The notes under the pieces are model-generated. The model ran no database searches. It had not been told where the DNA came from and saw only the letters and a program-made list of their open reading frames with translations. Positions 48,951 through 61,403 of a stretch of DNA of 64,000 nucleotides are shown here, in pieces. Both the position numbers and the translations under genes were made by a program. Source of the DNA: Hydrolagus affinis (taxonomy: Eukaryota); NCBI GenBank assembly GCA_012026655.1, contig JAAILG010000182.1, positions 1 to 64,000 of the forward strand. Direction: 5' to 3'. Positions within the stretch are counted from its first letter, which is position 1; the number at the start of each line of letters is the position of its first letter.

Positions 48951-49299
48951 TAGGTGTATGTGTGTGTGTGTACTGAATATCTGTTTATGCCAAATACCTA
49001 CTTGTAAGTACAATTTTGTGATCATATCCAGCAAAGGTTTGGGTGGTGTCTGATTCCAGAGCAAGTTTTGGAAAACTTTCATGTGCGAGGTGGAGTGGGG
49101 AAAGTTGTTGAGAAAAGTTGCATCTGTTACTGCAGTTTCCACTTTACAGATTCCAGTTAAACTACAAGTAAATGCTCTGTGAAAACCACATTGCTGATTG
49201 TATGATTGGGTAGCAATTCGCTGAGGGGTTGGTAAAGAGATCTGCTGGTCAGTGTTTAAGGACTGCCAGGCCTCTTCTATAAATAAAGGAAGCCTTTAG

Positions 49300-49642
49300 C
49301 AAATTGTTTGGAGCACTCATCTCACAAGCTAGAGGACCCAGGTTCAATTCACATGCAGGGCAAAATTGTAGGCAAGTTACCTTACTCCACCCGACTCTGT
49401 TTACCTGGCAGTAAGTAGGAACCCAATTGGCAGATCGCTTTCTGGGATGTAATAATCCCTTCAAAAAAACCTAATAATAATTTGGACACTCAATCCTTGA
49501 TTGTTTGTGGCCTGCTGCTGCGTCCAAATGACTGCCATGTTTTGCCTACAAAATTTTAATTCACTTTACAGTATATTCTGTGAAGTGCTTTGAGACGTCT
49601 CGGCGACACGATAAGGAACAATATGAAATGCAAGTATTATTA
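49300..49642 (+). mobile_element. Full-length tRNA/Deu SINE (long subfamily)
   Basis: Head GGAGCACTCATC...GGTTCAATTC, then CTCTGTTTACCTGGCAGTAAGTAGGAACCC, the Deu core and the tail. Confidence 0.8.
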
Positions 49643-52019
49643 TTACATAAGGTTTTGAGAATATTGTACCTCTCTTTAACAGCATTTACTGGCTTTAATT
49701 TTTTTTCATGAATGAAAACAATTGGCAGCAATTGGTCCCTCCCATACATGCCCCTCTTTGATTTGGCGCCTGTCTGTTTTCTTAACGTTGTTCAAATCAA
49801 AGTCGCATGTCAATGCAAGTGTTGCGATGTTGAGCATTCAGCACCTTGGGACATCCTCCTGACGTGAAAGGTGCTATACAAATGTAATTTTGTTGTTGTT
49901 ATTTTGTTGTTGTATTAGTGTGTCCCTGTGACTCCAGTCACAATGCCTCTGATTTGGGTTACAACTTCACAAGATCCTCCAGCCCCCAACTGAAGCCTTG
50001 TTTAATCTCATGTTAACCTAGCTAACTAGGGAACAACCAATTTTATTTCTGGTCACGTAGGAACTAGGCTGGGGAGAATACACAGAGCTGCCTATACCTA
50101 TCTGGCCCTTTGAAATTACAGGCAATATCTTTTGGAAAGTGGGAAGATACTTAACAATTTTCTCTTTCCTTTCCCCAACCTCCACCGCCATCCCCCCAGC
50201 CTTGAATGTTGTGTGTTGCAGTGGGTTTTCACTCATTATTCATAACATTTATAATTTATGCATAATATTGATCTAATGGAGCCTTTATGAATACATTTTA
50301 TCATTTCATTCCAGGAATACCCACAGACATTTCTCTGAACAGTAATGAACACAGAGGTATTCTGTCATTCCTTTTATGCACATAACCCTTCTCGTGGGTC
50401 ACTAGTACTGCAGTTGGGTTTGTGTGTGGATAGGTGCATGTAGTATAGTATACAGTCAGCAGCAGAGGAATGAGGTTAATGAAATCTGCATTGATCTCTT
50501 CTGTGTAAGTCACTGAAGCAGCACAGCCAGATAACAGGACCATCCTCCTGACAAATAGAGACTTTAAAACAGGTTGTTTGGAGCTTGCATTAAAACAATT
50601 TGCTCTTCATGCAGGGTAGTGGCCCCCTTTTTTGGGGTCAGCCACATGCCTGACACAAACGGAAACCTATCACCGATTGATGGATGATAGATCTACCATG
50701 CTTAAGTGTAGCCAAACCAAACTGAGAATTTCATGCAACCCACCTACATATGAAAATTCATGTATCTACGGAGGATCTACGGAGACCTAGCTTTCCCCTT
50801 CCTTCGCCACCAAGGAGAATAGTCTTGTCACGCTGCAGAGTGGTGGGTTTGGACCCTGAGTAAGGGATACATTACATTAGGTCAGAGAACTAGGTCTTCA
50901 GTCACCTTTCTTGAAAGAAAGATAGTAGTATAACAGGGTTTTGCTTTGTGCATTGCCGTTTTGTTCTGTATTACCCTCATCCCCAGGTGTATACCTCTTC
51001 CTGGACCAGTGTGAGATTATGAAATTTCACCACAAAACCTTCAAGGATTTCTCTGAATGAGATTGAAAACGTCACGTCCCTTTAAAGTTGAACAATGGGA
51101 GGCTATTATGTTAAATCTATAGTAGTTGCTTGTTCTACTCTTTCTTGGCATAATTCTTTGCCAATTGCTGCCAAATGCTTTTGAAAAGAAACGGTGGGGG
51201 GGGCGGTGGAATTGGGTGCCTCGTTGTAGTAATGAACCTTGGGAACAGTGAAATTGTACTTGAGTACGAAAGTCAGATGCTGGAATTTGACCTTCGACAT
51301 TTTTCTCAATCTAAACACAACATGCCCATGCCCATTGTTTGGTTTGTGTTGCACATTGTTGTGGCTTCGATGAATGAGCACACAGGAGCTTCGCTGGCAT
51401 GTGGGATTCAGGGATGGTTTCCTGACTACAGTATTACGTTTCAGGCTGGTGCTTTCCCACACTGCAGTCATTTCACCACAAGTGAAGTCTCGAGAAGTAT
51501 ATGATGTCTGAGCTATGATCATTTTAATTTTCTGTTCTATAATCTCTTCTTCCATCAACTGGGGGTGCCAAGGTGCTTTGATGCTATGGGAGAGGGTGTG
51601 TGGAGGAAAATGTTCCAACTAGAGCCCAACTAGGCTTCCCAGTCTTTCCATAACCCAAAAGAGTCCCACCATCAAAAGAAGAGTGTTCCTCATAGAACTC
51701 ATTTCTCTGATTTACAACTTGATGAATTAACTGATCTCAACAGGGATACAGTCTTGAGAGTTGGTTTTTCTCGGACACCTTTCCCTTTCTCTCAACCTGT
51801 CCCGACTTCTCTTGCTCCAGGCTGCCTGTTCATGATCTTGAGACCAGGCTGGAAGATAGGGGTGTGTGTGGCAGGCTAATGAAGACAGCATGGATGCTAT
51901 ATCCTATACAATTAAATGGCCTGGAAATCCTCATTGCAACATGAGCGTGCCTGGCACCCAGGAAACCTTACTCTAGTATGAGTAAAAGTCACGATGCTTT
52001 CAGAGGAAAGAAGGGAGGG

Positions 52020-52150
52020 GAACTTAGGAACAGGAGTAGGCCATTCAGCCCCTTGATTCTGTTCCACTATTCGATCAGGTCACAGCTTATCTGTACCTCA
52101 CCTGTATCTACCACCTGCCTTTGCTCCATATCCCTTGAAACCCTCACCTC
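52020..52150 (-). mobile_element. CR1-type 3' tail
   Basis: TTAGGAACAGGAGTAGGCCATTCAGCCCCTTG...GATCAGGTCACAGCT...CTCCATATCCCTTG. Confidence 0.65.
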
Positions 52151-53084
52151 ACAAAACAGGGTTAGAGGGAGAACATTGGAGGAGAAAATAAAACTTATTT
52201 TATGGAGTACACTGATCAGCCATGAGTGGAATTCTGATACAGTACTATATTTCTGACTCTCTGTGTTTATTTTTATTTTCATACCCAAAGGAAGGATTAC
52301 TGTTTTTTATTTTAAATCCCTTAACACCACAATTTCAGTGTTAAAGTTCAGTGGAGTCTCTTTTTTGCGTTTGTTCCAAGTTTTGTACCTTTTTTATCTA
52401 CTATTTATCGTCCTACTTGCAAGGAGACGGTCTGTGTATGTAAATAAATCAGGCTGAAGGTTTCCTTGTGCTTCTGTTTATACAAAATGTGAGGAGATAG
52501 CGCCCAGACTTCTGATAGTGTTGGCTACTCACAAGAAAAAGTAATAAAGAAATTATGGGCTGCATTGTCTAACTTCAGCTAACTCAAATAAACAAAACGG
52601 CTAATGGATGAGTGGTTGTTTATACGTAACACATTTAACAGTGGGAGTAGAAGTAAACAGTCAGGAAAATCACAGAGCCTTTGCGTTATGTTTAGGCTTC
52701 CATTGCAAACTCTTCAGATGTGTTGGGGGCTCTCACATTGCCTTCGGTTGTTCAACAAAGGCTAAGACTCAGGCTGGATTGTGTTGCCACCCACTGCTAG
52801 AGACTGAGCTCTCTGTTTATGCCCGTGTTAGTTATGTGTTTTTACCCAAAACACAAGCCTCAAGCTCAGCACCGTTCTCACTTTGTAGAGCAAGTTTCTC
52901 TGTTCTTTATTTGCCATCCCCTTCTTTCCAACTGAGCACATTTTACCAGAAGTTCCGCCTTGCCTGTGGTGGGCAGATCGAATCTCGAGCAGTTTACAGT
53001 CGTTGGTCTCTGCTCACACGGCTGCCGTTGCCCAGAATCTGATCAACATCTTTTGGTTAAAGCTGTTGATCGGGAGCCATCACA

Positions 53085-53087
53085 ATG
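53085..53087 (+). other. Candidate ATG-only first exon end (phase 0)
   Basis: CACA-ATG|GTGAGT: A at -3, a near-consensus donor, an in-frame TGA at 53067, and CpG-containing UTR-like sequence upstream. Confidence 0.3.
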
Positions 53088-54679
53088 GTGAGTGAATTCG
53101 CAACTTCTCTGTTGCTCTGAAGCAGATAGCAATTTGGGTTTTGATCTAGGATTCTGTTGCTTTGAGCAATGCCATTTTTGTCCATCAGAAATGCCCTCTT
53201 TCTAAACACTCCCGTGTTTGGGTAACAATTATGGTTGCTGGTTTCAGCGTGAATCTTGAATACTAGCATTTAAACATTCGCTATCTACAGGCTCATTTGC
53301 TGTTTCCTGCTCCAGTTACCGTACATATAGAAATAGCTGGGGAATATTGGTTTGGGTGGTGTAGTTTTTGTTCAACCTTAATTCAGCTGCTTTTTAATCA
53401 TAAAGATCTCTGGTGAGGTTGCAGTAATCTTCTTTACAATCTCTTTATACCTGCTGTGTATAAAATACCTTTTTGTTTGTTCCTTTGGCCCGTTGTATCT
53501 CTCTTGTCACGTAATGTGAACTATTCCTCTTGCGTGGTAATGCCATTGGTTCTCTAACTCACACCTAAACAGGCAGATGGCACCTTGATTTAATGTTTTA
53601 TCTGAATGACAGCGCATCTAACAATCCAGTGCTAATTTAAACTGTGGGTTTGAAGTCCGGACATGAGGTTTCATCCCAGAGTGAGAGTGCTACCGACTGA
53701 TCTGACATGCTATAATGTCCATTAATCTTGCAAATCAGCATCGGGAGACTAGTTTGCCAGTTTGCTAAGCTCCCTTTTCACAATTCTCATTCCTGCACAG
53801 CATTCATTCCCAGTCACCTGGCTACCCTCAGCTGACAGAATTAACCCAATTCATGAGCATGTGACAAACGCCCTAGGTCTTGCCCTAGAAGTACAAAATG
53901 AGTTACGTTGACAGCTGCAACTGAGCAGTGGCGAGCCATGGGCATTGGGATCTGTACGTGACCCATCTCCTCAGAGGTTGAGGTGCTGTGGCTGGCACTG
54001 ACCACATATAAGCTTTGCCAAGCATAACAACATCAAAATCAACAACAAAATTACATTTATAGAGCGCCTTTCACGTTGGGAGAACGTCCCAAGGCACAGA
54101 GCTCCCACTTGGCTGTGGTGCAGTTGCAGGAAGAAAATATTGTTCCCTCGGTGTGACCTGTTTCACTTATTTCATCAGCAAGACCATTATGAAATGGGAA
54201 GCAGCACTAATATTTACAGTATGCTAGCCAGAAGAATGCTCAAGGGACTCTGTGAGGTCCAATTTCATTCCTCTGCTCCAGCAATGAGTGATTCCTAGCA
54301 GTATTTTTTTCCTCATGTTTTAAGGCCAGCTTTGTTTGTGAATGTACATCATGAATGTTTGGGTTTTGTTGTTGTTTTCCTTCATAAATATTCACGGTTG
54401 TTTGAAGGACCCTTTAATGCCAGTTAATTGCACAGTCAGAGCTGCTAAAGGCGACGCAGAGTTTATGTGGGAAACAGACGCCGTTAGTTTTTCAGGCAGC
54501 GTTGCTCAGCGACTCAAGGATTACCTTAATAGTAATCCTTGCAATTGATATGACACTTTTCACTTTGGGAACATGTCTTGAAGCGCTTCATGGGATTTAC
54601 TGTAGGTGAACCTGCGGGCAATTTGCACCCAGTAATGTCCCCTCATTATCCCAGTCACCTCTCATTCCTCATCTCAAAA

Positions 54680-54852
54680 TACAATAATAATTGATTATTT
54701 CAATCCACGATCGTTTGTGGGATACTGCTGTGCGCAATTGCCTACTGGGTTTCACCCACAAATATACAGTCAATTAAGTATATTCTGTGAAGCGCTTTGA
54801 GACGTCTAGAAGACGTGAAAAGCGCTATATCAAATGCAACGACTATTATTAT
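54680..54852 (+). mobile_element. Young tRNA/Deu SINE 3' half
   Basis: Near-consensus Deu core GCTGTGCGCAATTGCCTACTGGGTTTCACCCACAAATATACAGTC and a CpG-intact hairpin tail. Confidence 0.85.
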
Positions 54853-56755
54853 CCTGGGTACATGCAGATGTTGTTGAATTTATAGCAATACTAATAATCC
54901 TTATATCTCACACAGTGCCTCATCATCTCATTGAGATGTCTCAAAGCATTTCACTGAATATTTTGTAAAGCATGCTGTGGAGTATTCCAAGCATAAACCT
55001 CTTTGAAATTTAGCCTTTAAAGAGCTGGTAGTCCATTGGCTGAGATGTTAAGATTCTGTCGCTTAGTCCTTTAGATAAGTGGTAAAAGTCCCGTGGAGGT
55101 GTCCTTTCAAACAATCTGCCAGGCCTCTCACTTGGTCATTCACCTCACGCTATTGGGAAACTTTTCTCTGTGCTAAAATGGCAGCTGAGATTTCCTTCAA
55201 CAACAGTCTAGACAGAAATGACCCTTTCAAGTGTTTGGTGTTTTGAGGCTCCACAAAATGGAAGTTTGTTCTCTCTTGTTAGCACAGTGCTGCGTATTTT
55301 CAAATTCCCTTTTATGTTGCAAGGGTAATATTTAGAGTTGTGAATGGCAATTTCAGAACAGCCACAGGAAGTTTCTCTTTACCCAGAGAACAAGTTAATA
55401 ACTGGAACAGGTTTTGCTGAGAAGAGGGTTGAGACCAGGCTGATGGACTATTTTGCAAAAAGCAGCTCCATGCTGTGAAGAGAGAACGAAGTGTTGGTTG
55501 GTGGGTGGATGGGTGGGTGTTTTGGAGGGATGAGTTCAGATAGGCTGAAGCCTTCTTCACCCTCACTGATCTTGTGAACACAGATTTAGTTTTTGGCCCA
55601 CCCCACCGTTTTCTCAAGGAGTTTACCCAGCTGTGCCCTTAAAGCTCTACCATTGTTTTGAAGCTTTCAGGCTACTCTCAAACCAGCTGCCTTTGTTCTT
55701 GTGCCTAGTGTAAAAATAGAGACAGAATATGCCCTTTGATGTATTTTGTTGCCTTAATATCCCTTTGTTGAAGAGTAAGTGTTGTCATGGCGCGGCGTCA
55801 CAGTGCTTGAATGAGCTTTGCTAATGATGTGGCGGGTCACTGGTTCAGCCCTCAGCTATAACACGCGTTGAATCTTGTTCTCATGATACAGCAACAGAGG
55901 AGAACTGATCAGTCATCTTGGCCTGTGTTTATATTCTTGTATCTAGCTGCAGTCAGCCCGATAGCAGAATTGACTGGTAGCAGTCCTTCAGTATAATAAT
56001 AATAACCTTTACATTTGATATAGCACTTTATCATGTCATTGAGACGTCGCAGCGTTTCACGTAATTGACTGAAAAGTGGATTGACTGTATTTTTGGTGGA
56101 TTTTTTGTTCTCCTCGATTGATTTCCCTAAATGAATTCCCCGTTTACTTTTTTTTGGTATTATATTACAATTTAAATTTATATAGCGCCTAGCAAGTCAG
56201 TAGGACATCTCAAAGCTCTTCAAATGTAGTTGTTGAAATACCCACTTCACATTTTCAGTGCAAGATGTACTGTGATCATTGCATGTTCAACTGTGCGTAG
56301 GGATATTGTCAGTTCTTATCTGAGTCTACATGGCAATGAAGGGAGGCGAAAGTTTTCTTTCCGATGTCAAAGACAACCAATGGTCCTTTTATCTGACCGA
56401 GCAGTGTAAACAGTAGGGAGCAGTGAAATGGGAGGAACAGAAGAAAAGTTAATAATAATCCTCACAGTTGATAAAGTGCCTTTGAGTCTGATAGAGCTTT
56501 GCAGGGTTTCACAGTGAAGTGTGGCGACTGTGCGTTTTCCAGACGAATGAAAACACTGGTTAAAGTTTAAATCTTAAATTAACTTTGCGTGTCTGTGCAA
56601 ACTTTGGTTTACTTTATCTTCCACCGCCCAAAAAAAATCCTGTTGCCCTTTTACTTGTTGCCAAGCGCTAAATCTTCCTGTTCTGAATCTCAAAATAAAA
56701 GGAGGAAACGTGGTCTATACCTCACTTTGACGTGATCAAAACAAGGGATTGTGTC

Positions 56756-56803
56756 ATGGAGTTCCTGCCTCCGTATTTGTCTTTTTTTGATGTTTCATTG
56801 AAA
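56756..56803 (+). other. Candidate alternative first coding exon (MEFLPPYLSFFDVSLK, phase 0)
   Basis: GTC-ATG-G (G at -3 and +4), 16 open codons and the donor AAA|GTAAGC at 56804. TGACGTGA (CRE/E-box-like) lies about 25 nt upstream. Confidence 0.35.
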
Positions 56804-57294
56804 GTAAGCAGGAGTTATGACCACAGATAACCTTTAACAAACTTCCTCGGTCAAACAAAAGATTGGAGCTTGCGACGGGTTCAGAGTCTAAACGGAGATG
56901 AAGAAATCTTCTCGCTTGTTGCGTGGGAGCCGGCAGGCTTGTTGTGCTGGGCAGGATTTGCTGAGTACAGTAAAATGGCTCCCTATGGAGCCGTGAGGGA
57001 TAATTCACTCGGATGCTTTGTTTTTGCTGCCAGCAGTTCCTCTTTGCTCACATCTGGAAAGAATAAGTCTGGCATCGGGTTTAAAGCCATCAAACTGGGA
57101 GAGGAGTCAGGATACGGGCAGATTTGGGATTTTTCCTGGATTAAAAAACACCCACCCACTTCCTCTATCATGTTGTTTCCTTGCTCTGAAGGTTTTGTTT
57201 TTGTGCAATTGCTATGAATAACTGGCACTTCAGATTCCACTGATGGTCCTTGAGTGTATCAGGAGTCCAATTTGACAGTAAAACTAGAAACGAG

Positions 57295-57500
57295 TGTCTA
57301 AGAATATAGAAACAGGAATAAGCGATTCAGTTCCTCAAGCTCTCCATTTTACTAGATCATGGCTGACCTGTACCTCAACTCTATTTAACCAGCTTTGCTC
57401 CATATCCCTCCATACCTTTAGTCTCAGGCTTGAGAATTTTTGTTGATCTGGCATCCACAACCTTTTGAGGGAAAGAGTTCTAGATTTCCACTACCCTTAT
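57295..57500 (-). mobile_element. CR1 3' fragment
   Basis: AGAATATAGAAACAGGAATAAG...GATCATGGCTGACCTGTACCTCAACTC...GGGAAAGAGTTCTAGATTTCCACTACCCT. Confidence 0.65.
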
Positions 57501-59431
57501 TCTGCTTGCTGGATTTGTTTGTTCAGCACCAGTGAACTTCAATCCTTTGGCATCCAATCTCCTGCTGTTCAATGCTGATGCTGTAAATCTTATTGAGGGA
57601 GTATCTCCCAGCATCCCAGCGAACAGGCCTCACATTATTTGACCATACATCTTAAGCAAACGCTTGTCTAAACTTTGCTGTAGGGGGGAAAAAAGCTACC
57701 TCGATGGCCAACCAAACCATGTGTACAAATACTTTGAAGTTTTGACACAAGGTGCAACTAAAAGTACGACTTTTTCTTCAACATACGATCCCAAACACTA
57801 CCAATCTTCAGTGGAAACAAAAATCATTTTTAATGTTTCACAGCTGAGACTGTGTTAGTGTGAAAAATGGAAGGGACAAATCAAAGGGTTTTGATGCAGT
57901 GGAATCAAATTCCACCAGTGCCAGCTGAATAATAATCTTTATTTAAATCTGTATCTGTGCTGCGTTAGTGGATCTGAAGCAAGAAGGTGAGTGCTTCTTA
58001 TCCTTGCTGTCACTAATCTCAGGAGGGTAGAATTAACCTACATCTTGATACCTGTCCATCATCCCTGTGGGAACTGGGCTTGGCGGGGGTTTGTCTGTAA
58101 CTGATGACCCTGTAGACATTGAGCCTTCATCTAAGCCTTTCCTGATTTTTGGCTGGGGTAGGCTGCAGCACAAATATACTGGCACCTCCGTGATGGGTCA
58201 AATACCCCATTCTGTACTGATATGTTTCTGTACAGTCAGTCTGTCGAGGCTCTTGTGTGAAGATCAATCGCTCGGCAAGCCAGGGTTGCTTTCAACAAAA
58301 ACAAAGAAACTCCACAAGGAACCAGCACACTGGCTTTGTCCAAAAGTCAAACCCAAGTCCCTGAGTGAGTGGCCACCTTCAGCAGAAGGCAGGTTGTGGA
58401 GAAAGATGCAATATTGCTTCTTTTGAAGATGTTGCACATAATAAACCCTTGCATTTGACACTCTGTAAACCCAGCCTTTCTGTTCCAGGCTGCAGGCATG
58501 CTCATGAATTACCCACCCACTATCTTGTGTTTTTCCATTACTGTGTACAGTTTTGCTAAAATATGATTCAGAAAAGCTCGAGTGAATCGTCAGTGTCTGA
58601 CTTGTGTAAAACACCTGCATGTGGCTAGACATTGGAAACCAGGTCAGGGACAAGATCTGAAAAACACTTACTAGAAAGTGTTTGCGAGGCGAATAATTGT
58701 GAAGTTTGAAGTTGCCTTAGGCTACTATGGCATCTATATCTCATCCCACGGCTATGTTTATCTTTCTTTTGCGTTACCCATATTGTTTGCTTAGTAATTA
58801 TCAATTCTAAGCCAAGTTGAACGTTTGGAACAGATTCTTTACAGTGCCCTGCTTGATGTGGCCAGTGTTCTTGTGTAGCCAGGCTTGATGGTTTCTTTAC
58901 ACGTTGATGTCTAAAACCTGATGAGTCCTTTATAAACATCCCGAATGGCAAATGGAGCTTGTTTCGGTAATCGGAACCTTGTCCTGCTGACAACTGCTGG
59001 GAATGCCATCCTGGAACTGTGGCGCATAAGAGTAGATGTCTCACTGGTCGCTGTGGTGTACTCCCAGTTATTGGGAACAGACCCCACTTTTGAGTCTTTA
59101 TTGAGGAATCTCATTAGAAATCACTGAGTATTGGACTCCCTGGTGCAAGTTTGATGTGTGATGGGTGTGGGGCTTCGATCTTCATACGCTCATGTTGTAA
59201 TTTGTTAGTAAAAAAAAACCAATTATTGCTGCAGTGCAGCTGGATTGAGCAATTGATACATCACATTGATCAACCAGGCTATTAACAGAATCTCTGATGC
59301 CACAATATCAATCTATAAAATAAACCTGCTTTCTGTTCCCTGGCATGATCAGATGTGATTCTGATGCGTCTACAGTTTGTCAAGATGGCTGTAAATCGAT
59401 TTTAAAATCTCTGGCTGCAACTTGAGTACAT

Positions 59432-59570
59432 ATGAACATAAGAATTAGGAGCAGGAGTAGGCCATTCGGCCCCTTGAGCCTGCCCCGCCATTCAATAAGA
59501 TGTTGTCTGATCCATTCTAACTCCACCCACCCGCCTTATCCCCATATGCCTTGATCTCTTTATCCACAAG
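59432..59570 (-). mobile_element. CR1-type 3' tail, well preserved
   Basis: ACATAAGAATTAGGAGCAGGAGTAGGCCATTCGGCCCCTTGAGCCTGCCCCGCCATTCAATAAGAT. Confidence 0.85.
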
Positions 59571-61042
59571 AAATTAGTACTTCAATGAATCCTGCTTCAG
59601 TTGGGACTCTGCCTTTCTAGAACCTCCACTACTTGCATGAATAAACATTACACTATGGTTGATCCAGTGGTTGTACTTGTTGGCAGGGGAATGTGTTTTG
59701 ATTAAGGCCTGGAACAGAATGTGATTTGGGGATTCTTGTCAGTGAATTTCTAGGACCAGACTCATTCAAGCAAATGTATAAATATTGGCATTTTGAAAGA
59801 TGGTATTGTGCAACAGTAGTTGGGGTCCATTTATTTGATAAACAGTTCCAGTGATTGATCTTCTTGTTTAGACCCTCTGACCTTTCTTTAGTTAAGGGAG
59901 GTAACCATACAGCAACACTCATTGGCTTTCCCAAACCTTTTAACCTGAAAGAACATTTTAACTGACTCCCCTGCCCTACCCTACCCCCTCATAAACAATT
60001 TGACCCAGTCCAACTTAATACTAAAATCATATAAATCATAATCCTTGCATTAAATACAGCACCTTTCATGGTAGGACATCTGAACAATGCCTGTCGCTTT
60101 TTTTTAGGAGAGATCAAGCTGCATAAAACAGTTTAACATGTCTTATTTTGGTGGAAAAGCAATGCATTCAGTGGATTGGTGGATTAGCGATGCTAATCGC
60201 CTTCTCACAGACCTAAACCAATAATCCATCTCCATCTTGTCTTGTATCTATCCCCCCCGATAGATTTCTATGCTACAGCCGCACGTTTTGTCTGACTCCA
60301 GCTAAATCAGCTGGTAGCTTACTTAAAATGGATCAGTAAAATGAACCACTTTCTTGGTATAATTTTGGAACAAGAATAATGGCTTCGATGGCACAGTTTG
60401 ATGTGCTGTAAGCAGAAAATTGATCCCATGTGTTGCAGTGTTTGCTCGAAACTGCCATTTGGCTATTCAGAATTGTTTGTGTTACAATATTTTGGGAATA
60501 ATGCAAAGCAGATTTCTAATAACGTGGCGGTTAACATGACATCCTGGAATTCACCAGCATGTTTTGAATGTTATTCAAGTTAAGTTGCTAGAGCTATGAT
60601 TTTTTTTCAAGTGGTGATTCATTAATGCGGTCTGCTCTCAGAATGTCAATAAGCACCGTCTGCAAGGCCATTTGATGTTCCTCCAATTTCAACCTTGTTG
60701 TTTTGCACCTTTCACTTGACTTTCTTCCTTCACTGTTACTAGAAAATCTAGTTTGCTATATGTGAAGTACTCCCTGAATATGATTTATGCCTTTGTTTTC
60801 ATCATCTTGTGGGAGAGAGACGCCCAAATTATCAGGAAAGAAAACCAGTTTTCAGAAGATGGGCAACTCCTGAATCCATTTACCATAAGACAAGTCTTTG
60901 CTTGCTTCTCCTTCTCATGGTGTCGTCATTGCAAGCAATATAATTGCTGTGCTTGTTTTACATATTACCTGGTGAAATCTGATGTTGTACATTGAAACCT
61001 ACAAGTTCCAGGAAAATAGAAAACCTTTTGCTTGTACTTCCA

Positions 61043-61403
61043 CTTAGTCATAAGTTTGTGGGTTGAAGTCCCACACTGGGACTTTGATCTTGTAGGCTAG
61101 GCTAACACTCCAGTGCTGTGCTGAGGGAATGCTGCATTGTCGGAGGTGCTGGCTTTTGAATGTCTGACAGTTCACAGGTTGTGTTAAAGATTCCATAGCA
61201 CTATTCGAAAAGAGTAGGGAGTTTCTTTCTCCTAGCGTTCTGGCTAACAAACCTCCAGATAACATTGGTCATTTGCTCATGGCTGTTTGTGGGACAATAA
61301 TGTGACTAAATTGACTGTTGGGAGTTTCACAACAAATCCATTTCAGAAAAAAACCCATGAAGGACTTTGAGACGCTTCGACGACTTGATAAGGCGCTATA
61401 TCA
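61043..61403 (+). mobile_element. Near full-length SacSINE1/AmnSINE1-like Deu-SINE
   Basis: GTGGGTTGAAGTCCCACAC...AGGCTAACACTCCAGTGCTGTGCTGAGGGAATGCTGCATTGTCGGAGGTGC...AAAGATTCCATAGCACTATTCGAA...CATGGCTGTTTGTGGGAC, followed by the tail. Confidence 0.75.

Noticed and set aside
51106-53042. ORFs of 170, 109 and 144 aa
   Set aside because: No domain motifs or splice context, and non-ATG starts in some; consistent with random ORFs.
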